IMG/VR virus record: IMGVR_UViG_3300028364_000033
Location: 1 to 64,000 of that record
Reading direction: 5' to 3' (one strand)
Length of the DNA: 64,000 nt
Source of the DNA: a virus
The translations under genes were made by a program, and so were the position numbers. Positions within the stretch are counted from its first letter, which is position 1. Each line of letters starts with the position of its first letter. The notes below the pieces were generated by a model, which did not search any database, was not told the DNA's origin, and saw only the letters and a list, made by a program, of their open reading frames with translations. Shown here piece after piece: positions 54,557 through 64,000 of this stretch.

Positions 54557-55085
54557 TCTTACTAATTAATTGTAATATTCTATTAATCTTATGTTGTGGG
54601 ATTGATTTATTAAAATTCATTTCTTTTTTAATTGTCAACGAATTATCCACCTCATTTGTACTACGTGAGGGCCAAATATACCTTCCACTATATCTTTCTT
54701 TATAACTTTGACCTATATCAACAGGTGAGCTAGTATTACAATTTGGTTTACGTTTGGTAGTAGTATAAGACAAATAATTTGGGCGATTATCTACCTCTTT
54801 TTCATCATTAAATTCATCGAACACTGTAATAATCTTATCATATAACTTATATCTGAATATTATATTCAATGGCACTTTAATACCATTATCAATTAACTTA
54901 AACGTTGTTAAGTCTAAAATATAGTTTGCGGTATCCTGTATAAAGGATGTGTGGTGTGTGTTGGTGATTTCATAAAAATATAACTCTTTATCCTGATTAT
55001 CCAGTCTAATCAACCTATTTTCGATAACGGACCATTTTCCATTATCGGCATTACCTAGCAAATCTAATAAATAAAAATCCAACAT
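54528..55085 (-). CDS. hypothetical protein
   Basis: ORF track; family promoter (TTGATA-N17-TATATT) at 55104-55132. Confidence 0.35.
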   Translation of the reverse strand: MLDFYLLDLLGNADNGKWSVIENRLIRLDNQDKELYFYEITNTHHTSFIQDTANYILDLTTFKLIDNGIKVPLNIIFRYKLYDKIITVFDEFNDEKEVDNRPNYLSYTTTKRKPNCNTSSPVDIGQSYKERYSGRYIWPSRSTNEVDNSLTIKKEMNFNKSIPQHKINRILQLISKNEKRTKYQL

Positions 55086-55156
55086 AATTATACGTATTTA
55101 GGCAAATATACTAATTTTTATCTATTATATCAAGTATTTATATTAAAATATAATAC

Positions 55157-55732
55157 ATGAAAAATTATATAAAACAAAGGTTAAGGGAAGATTTAGAATA
55201 TCATCACGTTTCAGATGCTACAAAGGATGAATATACTCTAAATGAAGATGCTATCACAAATGATTTAAGAAATGAATATATAAAATTGGGTCTTAAGACT
55301 TCATTTAGTAACCCAAACTTAGCAAAAAGGGCATTGGAAAATATTTTATATATACTTAATAAATTACCTCAAACTATTACTTTATATAGAGTAGTATTTG
55401 TTAGTAGTATAGAAAGTATTGATACAAAACATATAGGTTCACACTATGTTTTAAGTGATAAAGATTTATCATCTAGTCACAGTCAGAAAAGTCATGTTGG
55501 TGGTGGTGAACCTGTTCTACTTATAGTTAAATCACCCAAGAACTTAATAGATGTAGATGCCACAATAAGAAATAGAATGGAATTTCCGAATGAAAAAGAA
55601 ATAACTTTAAAAAATAGAGGTTTAGGGGCTAAAATTATAAGTAAAACACCTTTCTTAAGTAGTGATAGTGAAGAAGATTTAATCGGCTTACCTGATGATG
55701 ATTTTGATTTTGGTTACGATGACGATTTTTAA
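55157..55732 (+). CDS. hypothetical protein (lone plus-strand gene), acidic C-terminus
   Basis: ORF track; ends 4 nt inside primase gene stop region. Confidence 0.4.
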   Translation: MKNYIKQRLREDLEYHHVSDATKDEYTLNEDAITNDLRNEYIKLGLKTSFSNPNLAKRALENILYILNKLPQTITLYRVVFVSSIESIDTKHIGSHYVLSDKDLSSSHSQKSHVGGGEPVLLIVKSPKNLIDVDATIRNRMEFPNEKEITLKNRGLGAKIISKTPFLSSDSEEDLIGLPDDDFDFGYDDDF

Positions 55733-56691
55733 TATAACTCAATTTCTGGAACCCTTTTAGAAGTTTTTAATAATTTTATAATACCAGACCTACCTTCATT
55801 TTTAAAAATAGAAGCTGGGTCTTCTTTATACGGTGGAGTACATAACTTAATCTTATTATATAAATCACCAACATTAAGTTCTTTATAAATTCTAATAGCA
55901 TCATCGTAGGCATCCTCATCTAATAATATTACAATATCCGCTCTGGACTTGGTTAATATCATTTGTTTAACTCTAACACTTAAATTTTTACCCAGTATAG
56001 GTATTGAGTTTGGAATTACTATATGGTCAAAGGCTCCTTCTACCAAATATATTGTAGAATCCCAATTAATCTTATCCTCATTAAAGATAATCGCTTGTTT
56101 TTCAGCATCTGGGTTATTATATTTTGGTTTATTGAAATCGTCCCAAGCCCTACCAACGAAATAATTTAAATCACCTACCTCATCGTATGATGGGATTATG
56201 ACCCTGTTCCTAAATTTACCATAAGTAGTAAAACCTATATTAAATTCTTTAATTATTTCATCAGTAAATCCTCTATCTATTAGATAATAATATGCGTGTG
56301 AATATTTATACTCACTACCAGTGCACTCACTAAGTTTTTTAAAGCCATCGGGTAAATGTACAACCGTTGCTTGTATATCATTTAGGTTCGGTTGATAATC
56401 ATTCTCTGGTTTAAGTAATAAATAATCCTTTAGTATTTTTTTATTACCGTATCGTTTGATTAATTTAGGTATTTTACCGTACATGTTGTTTTGGTAGTTA
56501 CAAACCCAACACTTAAATATACCACGTTTATAATTAATCGCTAATTTATGTCTACCATCACCTTGACCCATAGGAAGTCCCTTATCCTCAGCACAAGCTG
56601 GACAATCCCAACTTGTTTGACCACTTTCTTCATTGTGTTCATGTGGCTCCCCTAAAAAACTTCTAAATATGTTAAGTATGATATTATCCAT
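55729..56691 (-). CDS. 61: DNA primase (T4 gp61-like): zinc ribbon plus TOPRIM
   Basis: WDCPACAEDKG...HKLAINYKRGIFKCWVCNY zinc-binding domain; YLVEGAFDHIVIP TOPRIM (T4 YVLEGPIDSLFI). Confidence 0.7.
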   Translation of the reverse strand: MDNIILNIFRSFLGEPHEHNEESGQTSWDCPACAEDKGLPMGQGDGRHKLAINYKRGIFKCWVCNYQNNMYGKIPKLIKRYGNKKILKDYLLLKPENDYQPNLNDIQATVVHLPDGFKKLSECTGSEYKYSHAYYYLIDRGFTDEIIKEFNIGFTTYGKFRNRVIIPSYDEVGDLNYFVGRAWDDFNKPKYNNPDAEKQAIIFNEDKINWDSTIYLVEGAFDHIVIPNSIPILGKNLSVRVKQMILTKSRADIVILLDEDAYDDAIRIYKELNVGDLYNKIKLCTPPYKEDPASIFKNEGRSGIIKLLKTSKRVPEIELY

Positions 56692-56778
56692 GTTTACAAA
56701 TATATAACTTTTTTTTTAAAAATGCTATAAAAAAGCTATTTTTATTATTTTTATAGATATTTATTAATAAAGATATAA

Positions 56779-56931
56779 TATGGGAAGACCAAAATTAAAT
56801 GAAAGTGATAAGAAAATAAAAGTTAGTATAACTTTGGATAAAGACTTAAATGACCAGTTAAATAAAATCACAAATAATAAATCTAAATTAATTGGGGAGT
56901 TGTTAGAAACACATATAAAAGAAAATGAATA
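56779..56931 (+). CDS. small ribbon-helix-helix-like protein (50 aa), translationally coupled to downstream GIY-YIG gene
   Basis: MGRPKLNESDKKIKVSITLDKDLNDQLNK... beta-strand/helix pattern of Arc/CopG RHH; stop overlaps downstream ATG (AATGAATAA). Confidence 0.4.
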
Positions 56932-57773
56932 AAATAGGTATATATAGGATAATAAATATAAAAAACGGTAAATTTTATATTGGTAGTTCAATTAATATAA
57001 CTAAAAGATGGTATGACCATAAACGTACACTTAGAAAGGGTATTCATGATAATGATTATTTGCAAAAATCTTGGAACAAATATGGTGAAAATAATTTTGA
57101 GTTTAATATAATCGAAATTATTGAAAATGTTACCGACCTATTAATACGTGAACAATATCATTTAGATGTTATGAAACCATTTGATAAAGATAAAACATAT
57201 AATATATGTGGCTTTGCTAATAACATGTTAGGTTTTAAGCATTCAGACGAAACAAAAATGAAATTATCTAAAATTCATAAGGGTAATAAATATAACTTAG
57301 GTAATAAACATTCTGATGAAACTAAAAAAATGATGTCCATTTCACATACTGGTGAAAAACATTATAGTGAAACTATAATTAAACTTATAAAAACTAAAAC
57401 TGGGGTTGGTCATTCAAGTGAAACTAAAAATAAATTATCCAACATAAAAAAAGGTAAACCAGCGTTAAATAAAAGAAAAGTTTACCAGTTAGATACTGAT
57501 GGTAATACAATTAAACTATGGGATAGTTTAACTGATGCAGCTAATAATTATAATATCGACCCATCTAGAATTAGTTCAGTTTGTAATGGTAGAACTAAAA
57601 TATGTATTGGGTTTAAGTGGGTGTATTTTTCTTCAAATGAAAAAACTAAATTAACTGATACAATTAAAAAAGAAATTATAAATCTATATAAAACTGGTTA
57701 TTATTCAACCAGAAAATTAGCTGATTTATTTAATATTAGTAAATCAACAATTTGGAATGTGGTTAATAAATGA
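56925..57773 (+). CDS. GIY-YIG homing endonuclease (I-TevI/Seg-like) with NUMOD3-like repeats and C-terminal HTH
   Basis: GIYRIINIKNGKFYIGSSINITKRWYDH; repeats GFKHSDETKMKLS / GNKHSDETKKMMS / GVGHSSETKNKLS; C-term RKLADLFNISKSTIWNVV. Confidence 0.75.
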   Translation: MNKIGIYRIINIKNGKFYIGSSINITKRWYDHKRTLRKGIHDNDYLQKSWNKYGENNFEFNIIEIIENVTDLLIREQYHLDVMKPFDKDKTYNICGFANNMLGFKHSDETKMKLSKIHKGNKYNLGNKHSDETKKMMSISHTGEKHYSETIIKLIKTKTGVGHSSETKNKLSNIKKGKPALNKRKVYQLDTDGNTIKLWDSLTDAANNYNIDPSRISSVCNGRTKICIGFKWVYFSSNEKTKLTDTIKKEIINLYKTGYYSTRKLADLFNISKSTIWNVVNK

Positions 57774-57951
57774 ATATTGACCACTGTCATCATTGTGACT
57801 GTGGCATTCACCTAAAAATCCCCTAAATAAATTAATTAAAATATTGTCCATATTGCAAATATATGAAAATTAATCCATATTTGCAATAGGAACTTAGTTT
57901 ATAGGCCAATAACCATTTTTTTGTATATAACCAATAACACATAAGTAACTA

Positions 57952-58737
57952 TCACTCATGGTAGGACCATTTAAAACCGCCAGCCGTTTTTTGTTTTTTA
58001 GTACAAACTTTACTAATATATGTATAATGTATGTTGGTGAAATTAGAAGCTGCGGTTAGTGAATCAAAAACTCTAATAACTTTACCATCTAACGTTTTCT
58101 GTTCTATTGTTTTAGATGCACCTTTTTTAATTTTTAAATTTATAATATCATATTTGGATACCAAATCCCATTTAAACCTCCAGATAAACCCTTTAGAACT
58201 TTTGTTTTTTCTTAAACAACATGCTGAAATATTTTCAGCCTTAAACCCTAATACTCTTTCTATTTGTGCAGCGGATTTCCACACTTTAATTAAATTACCT
58301 TCTAAATCGTATTGAACTGTAGCTTTACCACAATGATTATTATCAATTTTTATTTTACTAATCATTTCACCATAACCTTCAGGTCTTTCAATTGGTATAT
58401 TCACTTTTGCGCTTTTATTTATATTATAACCATTTTCTCTTAGAAAAGGTTTCTCCTTAGATAACCATTTTTCTTCAATTAAGGTTAGTTCATCAATCAT
58501 TTTATCTCTATTACCAATTGGTATAGACTCTAGAATTGTAAACTCAAAATTATTAATACCGTGTTTATTTATAGCATTTCTTAATATAATACTACCTTTA
58601 CCATAACGATGTTGATTCCATCGCCTCTCTATATCAATTGATTGGCCAATATATTTTTTATTATTAATTGTGTTTTCTATCTGATACACACCACATAATG
58701 GTGTTTTAGATAACTTTCTAACTATTTTATCCCCCAT
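57952..58737 (-). CDS. GIY-YIG homing endonuclease
   Basis: CGVYQIENTINNKKYIGQSIDIERRWNQH...NAINKHG GIY-YIG core. Confidence 0.7.
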   Translation of the reverse strand: MGDKIVRKLSKTPLCGVYQIENTINNKKYIGQSIDIERRWNQHRYGKGSIILRNAINKHGINNFEFTILESIPIGNRDKMIDELTLIEEKWLSKEKPFLRENGYNINKSAKVNIPIERPEGYGEMISKIKIDNNHCGKATVQYDLEGNLIKVWKSAAQIERVLGFKAENISACCLRKNKSSKGFIWRFKWDLVSKYDIINLKIKKGASKTIEQKTLDGKVIRVFDSLTAASNFTNIHYTYISKVCTKKQKTAGGFKWSYHE

Positions 58738-58811
58738 AACTTTATTTATAAATATATAGAAAGTGGGTAAAATACCGATTTAGGTGAGAAAAGATTTATA
58801 TATGTGTGTTA

Positions 58812-59462
58812 TTATTTAACCCACACACCAATTTTATTCATATAGCCTATAACTGTGATATAAGCATCACTCATGTCAAAATTTTCCTTTTTTAAGGTTT
58901 TTGTTCTTGTATGTAACCAAGTGATTTGTGGTTCTAAATCCGCAACTTTTTCCCAAACGACCATTTTTTTATCGACTTCCCAATCATAACCGCCAAATAA
59001 TACTGGTTCTTTCTTGGAGATTTCTTTTTCACTATATGGTTCACCCTTTTTATTAAATTTTCTAATGCCCATTAATTCGGGTATACCGAATTTTCTAGCA
59101 TCGTAAGATGAAATAAATTCTGGAACAATATCAAGTGTATCATATATTGCCCTGGCAATCATACCATTGAATCTAAGTAAGGTTGCTACGGTGTTTACGT
59201 TATTTGAACGTAAAAGAGGCTCTTCGATTATAACTTTAGTTATACCTACATTACTATATTTATTTAAAAATTCTTCATCGAATATTCTAGCCTTTTCAAA
59301 TAACATTTGAATATTACTCTCTGGTTTTGGTTTTACGTTAGGTGTAACATGGTGAAGTAATTTTAATTTACCACTCTTACCTAAATCCTCGAACAAAGCA
59401 ATTCCAATCGTTTTTGTTGAAACATCCAGGCCTAATATTAGGTTATTTTTATTATCTTCCAT
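58812..59462 (-). CDS. RuvC/YqgF-like Holliday junction resolvase
   Basis: ILGLDVSTKTIGIALFED resembles RuvC/RuvX N-terminal catalytic Asp motif. Confidence 0.45.
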   Translation of the reverse strand: MEDNKNNLILGLDVSTKTIGIALFEDLGKSGKLKLLHHVTPNVKPKPESNIQMLFEKARIFDEEFLNKYSNVGITKVIIEEPLLRSNNVNTVATLLRFNGMIARAIYDTLDIVPEFISSYDARKFGIPELMGIRKFNKKGEPYSEKEISKKEPVLFGGYDWEVDKKMVVWEKVADLEPQITWLHTRTKTLKKENFDMSDAYITVIGYMNKIGVWVK

Positions 59463-59516
59463 AGCTTATTTATAATTTAATATAATAATAAAACAATTTT
59501 TATAAATAGTAAAGGA

Positions 59517-60719
59517 TTAATAATCAATAGTTATATTAAAAGCAACAAAATCATCCACAGGCTTATCATATGTTCGATTTAATTTACCAATGGCAATTAA
59601 AGTATTGTTGGAATCGTAAAGACCTATCTCGGTAATTCTAGGTACATCCGAAGTAGCCCAGGTAGGGTTTGTCGATACACCGAATTCACCCCTATTGGCA
59701 ATACAGGTAATTGATTGTGATACTCTGTTTCTAATAGTATTGAAACTAATTGTAGTTGCACTAGAGGTTGACCCAGTTAATACGAAGTTATCTACAATGT
59801 CTGGGTGGGTAATAACAATAAAGCCCTTATCCAAATATGCGATACCTATTGCCTCATCTGGGGTTGTGCTCGTGTTGACGTTACCCCTATAATTAAATAA
59901 TTGTTTACCGTTAACACTAAATGGTTTATTTTGTGCATATCCAGTGGCCCAACTTAATAATGGGTTACCGTTAGGTCTTTTTACATCATCACTGAATAAT
60001 AAAACCCTGTTAGGTCCAAAATTGGCAACATTGGTCGATGAATCGGTTACAGCTGAATCTTCGTTGGTTAATGAGATACCTTTTCTTTCGTAAGTTGAAT
60101 AAACTTCATATGGTTGAATACTGGTCTCCAACGATAACTTAATACTTTTACCATCGATTAATTCACTATACTCACTACCATCGATACCTATTACCAATAT
60201 CTTATCGGTAGCTAGTCCACCTAATGCGGTATTTGAAAATCCACCATTTTGGAATGTAGTACCAGTAAATCTCATAAAATCAGAATCACTTATCGGTAAG
60301 TTAAATGAATAGAATAAATTAACTAATGAATCACTATTTAGGTCTTTTAAATCCACAATTTGTTGTGAAAAAGTTCCAGCGGAAAAATATAAATCGTTAT
60401 ACCCAAGTGATTGAGGGAATGAAGAAACATTTATTGATTGCGTTTCAATTGGTTTTCTAAGTGTAGTCGAATTAAACTTTAGTACACTTTTTAATACGTA
60501 ATCGATTCCACCATTATTGGTGTCGGCACCATAATAGTTACCAGATATCTGTGGAACTTGTCCACCAGTTAGGCCAGAAAAAACAGAATAATAACTATCC
60601 GAATCCCCCAAACTAAATGAGGTGATAAGATTATTATCATTTGTTATTAAACCTATTCTACCTTTTGGGGTAAGTTTGGCTTTTAATTCTATCGAAGGTG
60701 TGTTATTTAAAAATCCCAT
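59517..60719 (-). CDS. structural protein (tail fiber/baseplate-like), paralog of 60772..62937
   Basis: N- and C-terminal similarity to the next ORF (C-termini PRITEIGLYDSNNTLIAIGKL vs IRVTEVGIYDNTGDLVMIGKL); Gly/Asn/Thr-rich. Confidence 0.4.
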   Translation of the reverse strand: MGFLNNTPSIELKAKLTPKGRIGLITNDNNLITSFSLGDSDSYYSVFSGLTGGQVPQISGNYYGADTNNGGIDYVLKSVLKFNSTTLRKPIETQSINVSSFPQSLGYNDLYFSAGTFSQQIVDLKDLNSDSLVNLFYSFNLPISDSDFMRFTGTTFQNGGFSNTALGGLATDKILVIGIDGSEYSELIDGKSIKLSLETSIQPYEVYSTYERKGISLTNEDSAVTDSSTNVANFGPNRVLLFSDDVKRPNGNPLLSWATGYAQNKPFSVNGKQLFNYRGNVNTSTTPDEAIGIAYLDKGFIVITHPDIVDNFVLTGSTSSATTISFNTIRNRVSQSITCIANRGEFGVSTNPTWATSDVPRITEIGLYDSNNTLIAIGKLNRTYDKPVDDFVAFNITIDY

Positions 60720-60771
60720 ATTAAAAGTATATTCTTAGTTCAATCATTATTTATATTATTCTTATATACTA

Positions 60772-62937
60772 TTAAAAGTCGATACTTAACTCAACCATGA
60801 TAGTATTTCCAGATGTTAATTTTACTGGTTTACTTAATTTACCAATCATAACTAAATCACCAGTATTATCATATATACCTACTTCGGTAACTCTAATATC
60901 TGGTGGATTAACCGCAGCATTGGACCTACTTGGGTTACCAGTGGTTTTAAAGTCATCGGCAGAAATATCTATATTGAATATAGATTTATAAATCGTTGCA
61001 CCAATATATGTTTCCAAATTACCGTAGAAAAATCGTTCATCACCAAATTGTAAAACTTCTGGTGTTGTATTCGCTGGCATGTTTAAAGATGTCATAATGC
61101 TGAATATAGTGGCTGAAGTATCAACCACACTATCAATTAAGAATCCGTTTACCGTTGGGTTTTGATTTTCTAATTTAATTGGGTCTATAGTTTCACCGAC
61201 CGCATCGGTTATATTTGTATTGGTGTAATCGTAAACTTTCCAAGCATCTGATTTTGGTCTATCCGTTACATCATCAACTATTTGATATAATACCTTGAAC
61301 TCCCTTGCTGAGAAACCAAGACCATCATACCCAACTTTTTCTTCTTTTCTCATGTAAGGTAGCAAATCGATATCGTTCAATTTAAATTGAACATCTTTAC
61401 TACTAGACGTTGAGTTGTATATTTTAGCGTATGATTGACATGGTAGTGTCGTACCTAAACCGTTGGTTGTGGAGTTCTCGAAACTATATGTAATATACAT
61501 TGTTTTTTTAGCAGCTAAAACACCTGAACCAGACCCCAAATTTGAGGTTATTAGGTTGGCACTTAATGATGGTAATGTCCAATTTCTATTTGATTTATAG
61601 GACATTGCCGCAATAATTTCATCATCATCGAAAATAACGGTCTTTAATTGTGGGAATACTTTACCTACAACTCTAGGGGTTCCACTAACCAAAGTTCCAT
61701 ATTCAACTAATTCAATATATTTGATATCTGAATTATCTATAAATTTAGTATCCCCACTAGCTATAAAATCCATTCCCATTAATGTACCATTTTCACTTGT
61801 AAAATCTCTTCTATGATACATAATATCTGGAAGACGTAATATTAAATTTTTATTTTTATCACCGTCAATGAATAGATACTCACCATAAAAGTTGGATATA
61901 GTGTTATTTGTGTAATGTAATATTGATATTGATTTTTTAGTCCTATCTTTTACCGACTGTCCAAGTGAATTACATTCATCTAATACACCACTATTAGCCC
62001 CACTATTTTCATTACATGAATATCCTAAATATGGATACTTTTGACCTAAAAAACCATTAGAACCAAATTTACTAAAATTCTCATTAGGTGTTGATACCGA
62101 ATTATTAACACTAGTACCTGTCATACCTACTAAGTTTTCGCACCACACATTATTCATATTCCAAACTGCAACATCACCAGATGATATTTCACTTGACCCA
62201 GCAAATGATAATGTATTACTGTTCCAGTATGGTGTGGTTTCCTCAAAACCGAAATTACCATAAACTTCACCACCAGTATAAACTATAAATTGTGAGTCGG
62301 AAATACTAGAATTAGTGTTTGGTAGATTCCTATCTAAAATTGCCGTATCATTAACATCGTTTGTGGTCGTTAATGATTGTATTTTATACCATAGGTTTGG
62401 TACTGGTGTTGTATTTTGATTTAAAGGTAGTGTACCAACGGTGTCATTGGATACCTTAACCAATATTACATCACCAACCGTGTAACCAGTGCCAATAACC
62501 AAGATATTTGAACCGTCCATATTGGGTCCAGGTATAATACCGCCCCCCTTTATGTAAGTGTCACCACTATACGTTACATAATCAGACCCCACTTTTTCAA
62601 AGAAACCTCTATCTTCGGCTTTATTGTTAACAATAGCTTTTATTGTATTGATTTGTGAAGTATTTAAAACATTTAATCCACCTTCACTAGTATTTTGTGA
62701 AGTTATGAAGTATTTAAGATTAGGTTGATTATCAAACGGGCGTAAAACCTTACTTGAACCCGATAAACTTACGTCCATTGGGAAATTATCATGGTTTACC
62801 TCTCTGTCATAATTTATTTCAGAATCACCTATAGCCCAAGAATTAAAGGTCAATTGACCTTGTGCTATTTTTTGTCTACCAATTTCAGTTAATTTTATAT
62901 TAACAAAAGCACTTGTATTATTTATTATATAACTCAT
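60772..62937 (-). CDS. structural protein (tail fiber/baseplate-like)
   Basis: ORF track; paralogous termini with 59517..60719. Confidence 0.4.
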   Translation of the reverse strand: MSYIINNTSAFVNIKLTEIGRQKIAQGQLTFNSWAIGDSEINYDREVNHDNFPMDVSLSGSSKVLRPFDNQPNLKYFITSQNTSEGGLNVLNTSQINTIKAIVNNKAEDRGFFEKVGSDYVTYSGDTYIKGGGIIPGPNMDGSNILVIGTGYTVGDVILVKVSNDTVGTLPLNQNTTPVPNLWYKIQSLTTTNDVNDTAILDRNLPNTNSSISDSQFIVYTGGEVYGNFGFEETTPYWNSNTLSFAGSSEISSGDVAVWNMNNVWCENLVGMTGTSVNNSVSTPNENFSKFGSNGFLGQKYPYLGYSCNENSGANSGVLDECNSLGQSVKDRTKKSISILHYTNNTISNFYGEYLFIDGDKNKNLILRLPDIMYHRRDFTSENGTLMGMDFIASGDTKFIDNSDIKYIELVEYGTLVSGTPRVVGKVFPQLKTVIFDDDEIIAAMSYKSNRNWTLPSLSANLITSNLGSGSGVLAAKKTMYITYSFENSTTNGLGTTLPCQSYAKIYNSTSSSKDVQFKLNDIDLLPYMRKEEKVGYDGLGFSAREFKVLYQIVDDVTDRPKSDAWKVYDYTNTNITDAVGETIDPIKLENQNPTVNGFLIDSVVDTSATIFSIMTSLNMPANTTPEVLQFGDERFFYGNLETYIGATIYKSIFNIDISADDFKTTGNPSRSNAAVNPPDIRVTEVGIYDNTGDLVMIGKLSKPVKLTSGNTIMVELSIDF

Positions 62938-62990
62938 ATATTATAACTTAGTTTAATCTTATTTACTAATAAATACTCAAAAGTAAATTA

Positions 62991-63986
62991 TTAGTATGAA
63001 TTTATTGAATTTGTTTGTATTGTTATATCCACTATTTCACTAAATGAAGTACTAATAATGGGACCACCGCAAATATCTATGAATTTTTTTTCATTCTTGA
63101 CCCTGTAATAAACTTTATCGCCAGCACTACCGACTAAACCTAGTATCGTTGAATATGTTATGATATTTTGAATATAAGGTACCTCTATTGAGTTTATTAT
63201 ATTTGTAAAATCCAAATCACTACTTAATTCAAGTGTAAATTTACCCCTATCGTTTAACTTTGGTGGATTTATTATTGACCAATCGATTATAACGGTATCC
63301 GAAAATATATTACCTTGTGCTTTAATATTGGTATTATACCAAATATTAATAATATCCCCAATTATTATATCCCCTTCAAGAATAATTCTTTTAGGATTTG
63401 ATGATGAAAGATAATAATCAATATTATTGGCCAATGCCATACCATTTATAGTAACTACAACGTCATTATTAGATACTGGAGTCATTTCCATGTATAATTC
63501 GTATTTATTTTTTGTTGTGTTGAAGAATACTTTATTATCACCCTGATTGTTGGTTGACCCATTTGTAATAGTGGTAACTACATCAATAACATCTTGTTTA
63601 ATATTATTTTTAGATTCATCCGAGCTTGTATAGATATAGGTGAGTACATCACCGTCATATGTGTCACCACTTAATTTTAAAACTGTTCGACCACCTTCAC
63701 TAATCGGTTCTATTGAATAGTCTAGTCCTTTACCTAGAGTAAGTCCGTTTAGATTAACAATTAAATCACCAGATTGTACTGGGTATGAAAACTGGTCGGT
63801 TCCACCTGGTAATATTTGACTTATAACCTTTAATACGCCAAATACGTTTTCCTCGTTATTATCCCCACTTTCTACTAATGGAACATCTGCATTATTGAAC
63901 ACTACGAAATAAAAATCTTTATTAGCGTTATATAACCTATATTCATCACCCAATTTATTAATCTCCGTTGTGTATTTTTGACCCAA
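62991..63986 (-). CDS. structural protein (partial at window edge?)
   Basis: ORF track; beta-rich Asn/Thr-rich sequence. Confidence 0.35.
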   Translation of the reverse strand: MGQKYTTEINKLGDEYRLYNANKDFYFVVFNNADVPLVESGDNNEENVFGVLKVISQILPGGTDQFSYPVQSGDLIVNLNGLTLGKGLDYSIEPISEGGRTVLKLSGDTYDGDVLTYIYTSSDESKNNIKQDVIDVVTTITNGSTNNQGDNKVFFNTTKNKYELYMEMTPVSNNDVVVTINGMALANNIDYYLSSSNPKRIILEGDIIIGDIINIWYNTNIKAQGNIFSDTVIIDWSIINPPKLNDRGKFTLELSSDLDFTNIINSIEVPYIQNIITYSTILGLVGSAGDKVYYRVKNEKKFIDICGGPIISTSFSEIVDITIQTNSINSY

Positions 63987-64000
63987 TAAATTAGCAAATT

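Noticed and set aside
55090-55156. Plus-strand sigma70 promoter for the lone plus-strand gene 55157..55732
   Set aside because: The TATAAT-like hexamer is only 2 nt from the ATG and the -35 spacing does not fit. The family motif here is oriented for the minus-strand gene instead.

Overview
AT-rich (~70% A+T) phage-like window of 64 kb, almost entirely minus-strand coding, with T4-like (Straboviridae-like) hallmarks. These include RnlA-type RNA ligase 1, gp1-like dNMP kinase, a gp46/gp47 (SbcC/SbcD-like) recombination nuclease, gp61-like primase, a PG-binding/amidase endolysin, a large tRNA gene cluster, and many free-standing GIY-YIG, HNH and Vsr-fold homing-endonuclease-like genes. Four things stand out. 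(1) The gp46/SbcC-like ATPase gene is fractured exactly in its Walker-A P-loop: a 29-aa N-intein-like tail sits on one ORF and a ~124-aa C-intein-like head on another, consistent with an atypical naturally split intein, and the two halves are separated by a Vsr-fold endonuclease gene. The gp47/Mre11-like gene appears similarly truncated, ending in a homologous short Cys-initiated tail followed by a second Vsr-fold endonuclease gene. (2) An initiator-type tRNA-Met(CAU) gene is split in its anticodon loop by a 739-bp insertion encoding an HNH endonuclease, and the insertion does not look like a canonical group I intron. (3) A clustered RNA-repair/tRNA module is present: Rnl1, a PNK-like kinase fused to a 2H phosphoesterase, an ATP-grasp protein, a Trbp111-like tRNA-binding protein, a Nudix hydrolase and a PTH2 peptidyl-tRNA hydrolase, with a CCA-adding enzyme nearby. 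The kinase P-loop carries an in-frame TAA created by an apparent 6-nt insertion. (4) A family of sigma70-type promoters (TTGACA-N17-TATATT, all minus strand) is conserved upstream of tRNA genes and early-type genes. All coordinates outside the supplied ORF track were counted by hand and may be off by 1-2 nt. tRNA folds were done by eye.
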